A DNA stretch of 64,000 nucleotides from Deltaproteobacteria bacterium (GTDB lineage Bacteria > Myxococcota_A > UBA9160 > SZUA-336), in assembly GCA_029261895.1 (NCBI GenBank), contig JAJDAK010000013.1:8183-72182 (forward strand), in the 5' to 3' direction. Shown piece by piece: positions 51,804 to 59,224 of this stretch. Position 1 is the first letter of the stretch. Each line of letters begins with the position of its first letter. The position numbers and the translations under genes are program-made. The notes beneath the pieces were generated by a model, which searched no databases, was not told where the DNA came from, and worked only from the letters and a program-made list of their open reading frames with translations.

Positions 51804-52445
51804 TTAAACCGTAGGCGCGATGTCGTGACTCAGTAGCGAGACCGCCATCGACTTCCAACGTTCAAAAAGACGGCGACGCTCGGCATCGTCGTCACGCAAA
51901 ATCTTTTGGAGGGACATCCCTCGCAATAGATGAAAACTGAGCTGGAGTATCTCATCAAAACGCGGATCTACGTCCGTGATTTCGTGGGCGAGCTCTTGCC
52001 AGAGCGTGGCGATCGCACGCCAGACGTTGCGCTCGAAGTCGTACACGCTGCCATGCAGTTCTGTATCGGTGCGAGCCGCGACCCAGAGCTCGAGCGCGGC
52101 GTAGAAGAGCGGACCCGAAAAACTTTCCCAGACCAATTCGAGAAGCAGCGCGGGTTCATCGGAATGCTGCTCACGCAGCAGTGAAGCGCGTTTACCGAAG
52201 TCCTCCGCTTGCTTCTGCGCCAGATGGGCTACCGCGGAGAGCACGAGATCGGTTTTGGTCGGAAAATGATGGAGCTGCGCGCCGCGAGAAACCCCTGCTC
52301 TTTCAGCAACTTCCGTGGTTGTGGTCCCGGCATAGCCAAGGTCGATCAAGCATTCGATCGTCGCATCAAGCAGAAGCGCGCGGGTGGTCGCGCTGCGTTC
52401 TGCCTGGGTACGCCGAGGCCGAGTTTGGGTGGGTGCTGCCGCCAT
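51804..52445 (-). CDS. TetR/AcrR family transcriptional regulator
   Basis: The track ORF 52481 is trimmed to the Met at 52445 (MAAAPTQTRPRR...). The HTH is TRALLLDATIECLIDLGYAGTTTTEVAERAGVSRGAQLHHFPTKTDLV. It lies 26 nt upstream of the SDR gene. Confidence 0.8.
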   Translation of the reverse strand: MAAAPTQTRPRRTQAERSATTRALLLDATIECLIDLGYAGTTTTEVAERAGVSRGAQLHHFPTKTDLVLSAVAHLAQKQAEDFGKRASLLREQHSDEPALLLELVWESFSGPLFYAALELWVAARTDTELHGSVYDFERNVWRAIATLWQELAHEITDVDPRFDEILQLSFHLLRGMSLQKILRDDDAERRRLFERWKSMAVSLLSHDIAPTV

Positions 52446-52566
52446 TTGCCCGATCCTATGCCTCCAGAAACAAACAGTCAAGCCTGAATGTAAGTAGTTA
52501 TTCTGAGCAACGGCGCAGCGCGCAGGTGGCGCCTAGACTCTTGTCCCGCCATAAGGAGGATTCGAG

Positions 52567-52881
52567 TTGATCGTGAGCAACATAGAGACCGTCCCGGGCA
52601 AAACCATCATCGAGTTTTACGGCGTCGTCACCGGCAGTACGGTTCGCGCCAAACATATCGGCCGGGACTTCATGGCGGGACTGAAGAACTTGGTCGGCGG
52701 TGAGCTCAAGGGCTACACCGAACTGCTTCATGAAGCGCGCACCGAGGCTTTGGCACGAATGGCCAAGGAAGCCCAATCGATGGGCGCAAACGCCGTGGTG
52801 AACGTGCGCTTCTCTACGAGCTCCGTAGCGCAGGGCGCCGCAGAGCTCTTTGCTTACGGCACTGCCGTAAAGGTTGAGTAG
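52567..52881 (+). CDS. YbjQ/UPF0145 family (heavy-metal-binding-domain) protein
   Basis: 104 aa with a TTG start, 6 nt after AAGGAGGA. GKTI.EFYGVV.G..VRAK...RDF.AGLKN.VGGE..GYTELL...R.EAL.RM...A...GANAVV..RF is the YbjQ consensus. Confidence 0.85.
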   Translation: MIVSNIETVPGKTIIEFYGVVTGSTVRAKHIGRDFMAGLKNLVGGELKGYTELLHEARTEALARMAKEAQSMGANAVVNVRFSTSSVAQGAAELFAYGTAVKVE

Positions 52882-53358
52882 ATGCCCGAACTCATCCAAC
52901 TTGGCATCCAATACGGTGGCTTTCTCTTACTACTGGTTGTGACCTATTTCATCGGGTCGATGATCGAGCGACGACATTTTCGCAAACTCCGTCTGCGCGA
53001 AGAAGCTTCCACTCACTTCCCATGCGTCACCTTCAGAAGCGTTCCGTCTGATTGGCAGGTGACCGAAGCAAATTTAGTTACCGGAAGCGTAGTGGTTTCG
53101 CTGGACTACTTTAAGCGTTTCCTTGCAGGCCTTCGTGGCATCGTCGGAGGACGCATCCGGTCGTACGAAACATTGCTCGATCGAGCGCGACGAGAAGCCA
53201 TCATGCGAATGAAGGATGCCGCTCATACGGCCGGGTATAGCGCGATCATCAACGTTCGCCTCGAGACATCGCGCCTTGCTAGTACGGCCCGAAACGGTGA
53301 GGGAACTGCGGGCGTAGAGATTCTCGCATTCGGAACTGCGATCAAGCTGGCGCGCTAA
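52882..53358 (+). CDS. YbjQ-like domain protein with N-terminal TM helix
   Basis: 158 aa. The start abuts the previous stop (TAGATG). It has a TM helix (YGGFLLLLVVTYFIGSMI). The YbjQ-like core is VVVSLDYFKRFLAGLRGIVGGRIRSYETLLDRARREAIMRMKDAAHTAGYSAIINVRLET. Confidence 0.7.
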   Translation: MPELIQLGIQYGGFLLLLVVTYFIGSMIERRHFRKLRLREEASTHFPCVTFRSVPSDWQVTEANLVTGSVVVSLDYFKRFLAGLRGIVGGRIRSYETLLDRARREAIMRMKDAAHTAGYSAIINVRLETSRLASTARNGEGTAGVEILAFGTAIKLAR

Positions 53359-54159
53359 ATGAAATTCGACCCTCGATTGCCGGACAAAGGCATCAATGTT
53401 TCCCACGACAGGCCCATAAGAGAAGCCTTACTGCTCATCGCCGGTGTTACCGGCGCACTCGCCGTACTGATCATCGTGCTGAGCTTCACAATCGATCGGC
53501 TCGTACCCTTTGTCCCACCGTCGGTCGAAACTTGGATGTTCAGCGCTTTCAAGCCTTCCGACAGCATCGATCCAAGCGACGCGCGTGTAGATCGCGTGCA
53601 AGATATCGTGGATCGCCTCGCTATAGGTTGGCCCGACTGTCCCTACGAGTTCGACGTGATGATCATCGACACGGGCCAGGTAAACGCATTCGCGTTTCCA
53701 GGTGGTGTGATTGGCATTACGACCGGGCTGCTCGAGTCCGCAGAGAGCGAGAACGAAGTCGCATTTGTTCTGGGCCATGAAATCGGCCACTTCCGCGCCC
53801 GAGACCACCTGCGTGGGCTCGGGCGCGGCCTCATCATCAGCCTGGTCGCCAGCGGTTCTGGCGCACATAGTTTGATTCAAGCGGCACCGTTGATTGCTGC
53901 ACGAAGTTTTGATCGCAATCAAGAACGGCAGGCTGACGCATATGGGTTGGAGCTGGTAGAAAGGATGTACGGCCATGTTCGCGGCGCGGGCGATTTCTTT
54001 TCCACACTCGACGAATTCCAGCCCGACACGAAGAAGCGCCATCTCGCGACCTATCTCTCGACCCATCCAGGACATGCAGAACGCTCCGAGGCGTTAGAAG
54101 ATCTCGCGCTCGAGAATGGTTGGTCTGCGGACGGAGAGCTCGAACCCGGCGAATTCTAG
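53359..54159 (+). CDS. M48 family zinc metallopeptidase, membrane-anchored
   Basis: 266 aa. The start abuts the previous stop (TAAATG). It has a TM helix (LLIAGVTGALAVLIIVLSF), a zinc motif VLGHEIGHF (HExxH), and a downstream E...D.YG and HP...R typical of M48. Confidence 0.8.
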   Translation: MKFDPRLPDKGINVSHDRPIREALLLIAGVTGALAVLIIVLSFTIDRLVPFVPPSVETWMFSAFKPSDSIDPSDARVDRVQDIVDRLAIGWPDCPYEFDVMIIDTGQVNAFAFPGGVIGITTGLLESAESENEVAFVLGHEIGHFRARDHLRGLGRGLIISLVASGSGAHSLIQAAPLIAARSFDRNQERQADAYGLELVERMYGHVRGAGDFFSTLDEFQPDTKKRHLATYLSTHPGHAERSEALEDLALENGWSADGELEPGEF

Positions 54160-54824
54160 TCGCGCTCGTAATGCCAGCCGTCTGCGCGCGACCAGAGTCG
54201 ATGACGCGCACCTGCCGCATCGGGGTTTCGGTCGTCGTAGCCCGCGTCACCCGGGTACAGGATGCACGCACCTTGGTCGTGGGGAATGATCCGCGGGTGA
54301 AAGGTGATCAACTCCTGCTTGGAAAGCGCACCCATCGCAGCCTCGACGGACGCGTGCTCGAGCAACCAGTGGATTGTCACGTACGTTGGCGGCGCCAGAC
54401 GAAGCTCCTGCGCACGATACGCAGCAATTGCAGCCGCCGGGGTCATCCAGCGATGATCGTCAATCTCGGTTCCGTCCACTTGGACGTTGGCTTCGTCAGC
54501 GATCGCCGACAGAAAGAACCAGGTATCAAATCGCTTTGGACTCATCTTCGGCGTAATCCAACGCGAGATTGGTAATAAGCGATCCGTGGCGAGCTCAAGA
54601 CCGGCCTCTTCGCGCGTTTCGCGCGTAGCCGCGTAACGTGCCTGGCGCTCCGAATCATCCGGCGCAAGGGCACGATCGGAATCTTCGACCTTGCCACCCG
54701 GGAAAACCCAAACACCGGGCTTCTCGGGTTCGCTTGACGCCCGCCGGAGTAGCAGTAACTCCAAACTCCGCCCGGGGTTTCGCAGCACAACCACAGTCGC
54801 TGACGGCTTCGGTAAGTCACTCAT
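54156..54824 (-). CDS. NUDIX hydrolase
   Basis: 222 aa. The Nudix box is GGKVEDSD...ATRETREEAGLEL (GX5EX7REUXEEXGU-like, with an insertion). Confidence 0.75.
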   Translation of the reverse strand: MSDLPKPSATVVVLRNPGRSLELLLLRRASSEPEKPGVWVFPGGKVEDSDRALAPDDSERQARYAATRETREEAGLELATDRLLPISRWITPKMSPKRFDTWFFLSAIADEANVQVDGTEIDDHRWMTPAAAIAAYRAQELRLAPPTYVTIHWLLEHASVEAAMGALSKQELITFHPRIIPHDQGACILYPGDAGYDDRNPDAAGARHRLWSRADGWHYERD

Positions 54825-54863
54825 GTGACCACTTTACGCGTAATTCACTAAACTTCCACACCG

Positions 54864-56081
54864 ATGCCTACACCACGTTTCATTCGAGTCCTCGTCTACG
54901 CCCTGTTCCTTCCCTGGATCGTGGTTTGTCTTTGGAAGACGTACTACGGCTTTTGGATTTGGTTGGCGCATATTCCTCTGGTTCTTGCTGCAGCGTACGC
55001 TCTACGGCGGTTCGCGGAACGTCGCTGGTTTCAAGCGCTCGAGATTACGTTATGGAATGTCGTCTTGATCTTGGTGCTCTTTGAAATCGGACTGCGAATG
55101 TTTATCGCGTTTGGAGACGCGCCGATTTGGATGACGCCGGAGCCGAACCACGTGGTCTACCGCCTCAACCCGAATGCGGAATGGATGGGCGATACACCTA
55201 ACTCCAAGGGCTTCTTTGAGGAGGAGTTCGTACCCAAAGAAGCGGGGCGCACACGCGTGGCCGTACTCGGCGACTCGTTTGTCGTAGGGATGGTGCCGTT
55301 CGCCCAGAACTACATCACCTTGGCGGACCGCGCTCTGGGTGACAATGTCGAAGTCATCAATCTCGGTGTGGTCCATACCGCACCACCGGAATATCTACAG
55401 ATCCTGAGGACCGAGGCGCTACCGCTCGAACCCGACCTCATCGTACTTTCGATCTTTCTTGGAAACGATATCCAACCAGCCGAATCATCTGGCCTATTTT
55501 CGCGCGCTGGCTCGGTCGCGTTTCAAACCCTGCGTATGCTTAACGTCGTGCTCAAAGAAGGCGCGCCGTTTAAAGAACAGTCCAGCCTCGAAGGGTTCTT
55601 ACCGCTTCAAGCCGATGGCACGCGGCGCGAGATAGCAGGCATGTCGGTCGATCGCCATCTCAAACGCGGCTGGAAACATCTGCAGCGCATCCATCAACCG
55701 CCGCAAGATGTCCGAATGCGTCGCGCATGGGAGGATACGATCGAAAATATTCAGAAGATCGTCGCGGAAACACAGGACGCTGGGATCCCGGTCATCGCGA
55801 CGATCGCGCCTGAAGAATTACAAATTTCCAACGCGTACCTCCGAGACACGCTGAAAGCAAAACAAGCAAACGCCGAAGACTTTGAGCTTCAATACAGCGC
55901 AAAGCGAATTTCAGAGATATTCCGTGAACTCGGCGTGCCCACGCTATACTTCGACGAAGCGATACGCGACGCGGAAGCAAGTGCTCCGACCTATCACCTA
56001 CGCGCGTTGCATTGGAACCAACATGGCAACGCCGCAGCTGCGAAGGCTTTGGTTACGTTCATACAGCAGCATTTACCCTGA
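54864..56081 (+). CDS. membrane-anchored SGNH/GDSL-type hydrolase family protein
   Basis: 405 aa with three N-terminal TM segments. Block I is VAVLGDSFVVG (GDS), followed by IFLGND. The C-terminal HWNQHGN resembles block V (DxxH-type). Confidence 0.55.
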   Translation: MPTPRFIRVLVYALFLPWIVVCLWKTYYGFWIWLAHIPLVLAAAYALRRFAERRWFQALEITLWNVVLILVLFEIGLRMFIAFGDAPIWMTPEPNHVVYRLNPNAEWMGDTPNSKGFFEEEFVPKEAGRTRVAVLGDSFVVGMVPFAQNYITLADRALGDNVEVINLGVVHTAPPEYLQILRTEALPLEPDLIVLSIFLGNDIQPAESSGLFSRAGSVAFQTLRMLNVVLKEGAPFKEQSSLEGFLPLQADGTRREIAGMSVDRHLKRGWKHLQRIHQPPQDVRMRRAWEDTIENIQKIVAETQDAGIPVIATIAPEELQISNAYLRDTLKAKQANAEDFELQYSAKRISEIFRELGVPTLYFDEAIRDAEASAPTYHLRALHWNQHGNAAAAKALVTFIQQHLP

Positions 56082-57375
56082 GTGGCGCGCGTCCTATTCC
56101 AGGCCAGATCCGCAACACGCCCAGAACCGCACGAACTGTGATCCAATACGTGGTCGTCCACCAAACCGCCTCGAGCGAGTCCGCCCAGAACACGAGAACC
56201 GATGCGGCCGTCGCCGTAGCTAGAAACATCGCATTGCGTAAATACCCGTAGTCCGCTGCGCCCCAATGAATACCGTCGGTCGCAAACGAGATCGCGTTCA
56301 ACGGTTGCGCGACCGCGGCCACCCACCAAATGGTCGAGAAAGCGCCCAACGCGGTTACCGGGACGAACAGATCACTCACCATTTGCTCGCTCAGAAGCAT
56401 CCCAAACGCGAGAGCAGCGCCGCTAATGAAGGCCCAGATGCACGAGATGCGTGCGACTTTAATCGCGGTCGTCTTATGACCAGCGCCAAGAAAATATCCG
56501 ACAAGACTTTGGGCCGTTGCCGCATAGGCATCTAGAACCAACGCGGTCAGTAACCAAATCTGACGCACGACCTGGTGCGCAGCACCGGCATCTGCACCAA
56601 TAATCGTAGCTGCGCGCGTGCTCAGCACGATAAAAGTAATCAACAAGCCCGTACGTAGAAACATGTCACGGCCAACGATCATCAATCTAGATACTGCATG
56701 GGTATCGATGCTGAGCGAAATCCCGAGTCTCCGATTTACGCGCGACAACGCCCAAGCTGCGGCGATCCATTGTGTGACCGTACTCGCCCAAGCCGCGCCC
56801 GCAACGCCGAGACCGAACTGAAAAATCAAAATGGGATCAAGAATCACATTGAGAAGATTCGCCGCTAACGCGATTACCATGGGGGCGCGCATGTCCTGCA
56901 GACCACGCAACGCGCCGAAACAGGCGATCATCACCAACGTGCCCGGGCCGCCAAGCAGGCGGATCTGTAGGTAAACTTCGGCAACCTCTGACATTTGACC
57001 GGATGCGCCCATCCAATGCGTCGCCAGGTCAAGAAAACTCCACGCAAAGGCAGAAAGCACGATGCCTAAAAGAAGTGCAGCGGTGATCGCAACCGATGTC
57101 GCACGCCGTGCGGCTTCGGGTTCTTCCTGACCCAACGCACGCGCAACTTGCGTCTGCGTTCCGATTCCTAGAAAGTTAAAGACCCAGAAAACACTCGACA
57201 GCAACGTGGTCGCAACACCGAGTGCGGCGAGCTCCATCGAACCCAGGTACTTGATGAAGTAGTTATCTGCGAGACCCGTAAGCGGTTCCGCGATCAATGA
57301 AAACATCACCGGCAACGAAAGAACGAACAACGTTCGGTTCGGCGACCGAACGAAAGGATGATCGTCGGCTGTCAC
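56059..57375 (-). CDS. MATE family efflux transporter (DinF-like)
   Basis: 438 aa with 12 predicted TM helices. The N-terminus (LSLPVMFSLIAEPLTGLADNYFIKYLG..ELAALGVA) is typical of MATE. Confidence 0.8.
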   Translation of the reverse strand: MTADDHPFVRSPNRTLFVLSLPVMFSLIAEPLTGLADNYFIKYLGSMELAALGVATTLLSSVFWVFNFLGIGTQTQVARALGQEEPEAARRATSVAITAALLLGIVLSAFAWSFLDLATHWMGASGQMSEVAEVYLQIRLLGGPGTLVMIACFGALRGLQDMRAPMVIALAANLLNVILDPILIFQFGLGVAGAAWASTVTQWIAAAWALSRVNRRLGISLSIDTHAVSRLMIVGRDMFLRTGLLITFIVLSTRAATIIGADAGAAHQVVRQIWLLTALVLDAYAATAQSLVGYFLGAGHKTTAIKVARISCIWAFISGAALAFGMLLSEQMVSDLFVPVTALGAFSTIWWVAAVAQPLNAISFATDGIHWGAADYGYLRNAMFLATATAASVLVFWADSLEAVWWTTTYWITVRAVLGVLRIWPGIGRAPLRVNAAV

Positions 57376-57387
57376 CGGGTTGGATCT

Positions 57388-57963
57388 TTAGCGAGGTGCG
57401 AGGCCGGGCGCGGTCACGCGCTCGAGTTCCGGACCACGGAGTGGTTCCTCAATCGCGTTGTCGGCAACGAGTCCGGAAAATTCTGGCAGCAATTGAACGA
57501 CCAACATGCCGTCTTCGTACATGTGATTGCCAAAGAGGATCGGTCGACCATCGGAGAGTTGCAGACGCGTACTCATCACACCCGGCATCTCCAACTGTAT
57601 GTGCAGCTGACGACGCACGACGGAAATTGGACGGATGCGCACTTCACGACCGGACGGCAGCACCACCCGCGCTTGCTCACCAAAGGCCAGTTGATAGCGA
57701 TGCTGATTCAATAACCGAATACGATTGATATTGGCCATATGGCCGCGGAGTCGACGATGAATATCGCCGCAACGTGGATCAATGTCGGGGCGGTGACTGG
57801 CTTGTACAGATCCACGAAATACGTGCGCAACAATGATCTGAACACCGACCGGACGGATGGTGCGAGGCGGTGGCGAATCATCCGCATAAACCGCTTGCAC
57901 GGCCAGTAAGCCCGCCGCAGCAATACAGCCGGCCCAAATCAGCGATCCACCCAATCGCATCAT
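57388..57963 (-). CDS. secreted hypothetical protein, third gene of the ECF sigma operon
   Basis: The track ORF 58131 is trimmed to the ATG at 57963 (MMRLGGSLIWAGCIAAAGLLAVQAVYA-DD), 1 nt after the anti-sigma stop. No family recognised. Confidence 0.5.
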   Translation of the reverse strand: MMRLGGSLIWAGCIAAAGLLAVQAVYADDSPPPRTIRPVGVQIIVAHVFRGSVQASHRPDIDPRCGDIHRRLRGHMANINRIRLLNQHRYQLAFGEQARVVLPSGREVRIRPISVVRRQLHIQLEMPGVMSTRLQLSDGRPILFGNHMYEDGMLVVQLLPEFSGLVADNAIEEPLRGPELERVTAPGLAPR

Positions 57964-57964
57964 C

Positions 57965-58507
57965 CTATGCAAGGCCCTCGCTTCTACCGCGGGCACGCTG
58001 AACATTTTCTTCATCTTCTTCGAGGGTCCAAATAATCGTGGCCCCATCTTCCCCCTCGAAGACCATAAGGGGACTTTCACCGGAGTCCAAGTCATAGATC
58101 GTCGCAGGGAATGCGGGCAAGATCTCGGCACGCGCGATGGTCTGCCCCGGTGCTGTCAAATCCAGTTGAATCGCCACCAACGCAATCACTGCCGCACAAC
58201 CCGCAGCCAAAGCGCCCATCGGAGCGGGACGTAGCCAATTCAACCAACTTGGCTCTGGCGTTTGCTCCGCACGCTCGGCATCGATACGTGCCATCTCCGG
58301 ACGCAACGAGGCAATCAGGTACTCGGGAGACGGCGCACGCGGAATGTCTTGAAACGACTTCCGCACCGCTTTGCTCACCGCATCGCTCTGCTCGAGCCAA
58401 GACGCACTTTCAGCGTCTTCAGCCAACCACGCTTCAACCTTGCGGCGCTTACGCTCCGAAAGCTCACCGTCGCGGTAGGCATCAATCCATTGCTGCTTGC
58501 GCTTCAT
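57965..58507 (-). CDS. anti-sigma factor (single-pass membrane protein)
   Basis: 180 aa, overlapping the sigma gene stop by 4 nt. The N-terminal anti-sigma helix is WIDAYRDGELSERKRRKVEAWL. It has one TM segment (MGALAAGCAAVIALVAI). There is no HxxxCxxC zinc motif. Confidence 0.6.
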   Translation of the reverse strand: MKRKQQWIDAYRDGELSERKRRKVEAWLAEDAESASWLEQSDAVSKAVRKSFQDIPRAPSPEYLIASLRPEMARIDAERAEQTPEPSWLNWLRPAPMGALAAGCAAVIALVAIQLDLTAPGQTIARAEILPAFPATIYDLDSGESPLMVFEGEDGATIIWTLEEDEENVQRARGRSEGLA

Positions 58508-59136
58508 GAAGCATCCTCAGCCGTCACACCGTGTCGCGCGAGAAATTGAATCATCTTCTTGCGCGCATAGTGTAGTCGACTCATCACCGTACCCTTCGAG
58601 ATTTTCATTTCCTTGGCGATTTCGTCGTAGCTCAGACCGTCGACTTCGCGCAGCATCAACACTTCTCGTTGGCCCTCCGGGAGTTCGAGCATACCGTCGG
58701 ACACCAGATGGAGAACGTGACTCCGTTGTGACGCGAGCTCAGGATTTACGGCCTCCGGGACCATGCCGCGTGGCTCGACCTCGCGCGCGATATTGTCGTC
58801 CCATTCGAGCGAAAACGCACCCTTGTCACTTCGGCGCCGATCGAGCGCGAGATTAACCACGATTCGATAGAACCAGGTGTAGAAGGAGGATCTCGATTCA
58901 AACTTGGGTAGATTCCGGTACGCCTTCAGGAACGCCTCCTGGAGGATGTCCTCCGAGAGCTCACTGTTGCGTACCACGCGGTATGCGGCCCGAAAGGCCC
59001 GCTCGGAATACTTCCGAACCAAGGCCTCAAACGCCCGATGGTCCCCTTTTTGGGCCGCCGCGACTAATTCCAGGTCAGGACGCTCCGCCTCTGTCTTCAT
59101 GCCCGGCATCGCCGCCAGAGTCGCTATTGCTCGCAC
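58504..59136 (-). CDS. ECF-type RNA polymerase sigma-70 factor
   Basis: 210 aa with a GTG start, 6 nt after GGGAGA. Region 2 is FEALVRKYSERAFRAAYRVVRN..LSEDILQEAFLKAY. Region 4 is REVLMLREVDGLSYDEIAKEMKISKGTVMSRLHYARKKM. Confidence 0.85.
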   Translation of the reverse strand: MRAIATLAAMPGMKTEAERPDLELVAAAQKGDHRAFEALVRKYSERAFRAAYRVVRNSELSEDILQEAFLKAYRNLPKFESRSSFYTWFYRIVVNLALDRRRSDKGAFSLEWDDNIAREVEPRGMVPEAVNPELASQRSHVLHLVSDGMLELPEGQREVLMLREVDGLSYDEIAKEMKISKGTVMSRLHYARKKMIQFLARHGVTAEDAS

Positions 59137-59173
59137 CTGCCGTCTCCCTCTGAAGTTGCCCTATCTGCCGTGT

Positions 59174-59201
59174 TTGGACGGGCTGGCTTCAGAAGAAATT
59201 C
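59174..59201 (-). promoter_or_regulatory. candidate ECF-type (autoregulated) promoter: GAATTT - 16 nt - GTCCAA (contains CGTC)
   Basis: On the minus strand, CCGAATTTCTTCTGAAGCCAGCCCGTCCAAAC lies 38-65 nt upstream of the sigma GTG. It resembles the generic ECF GAAC-N16/17-CGTC architecture. Motif match only. Confidence 0.35.
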
Positions 59202-59224
59202 GGCGGGATTTCGGGGTTTTAGGC

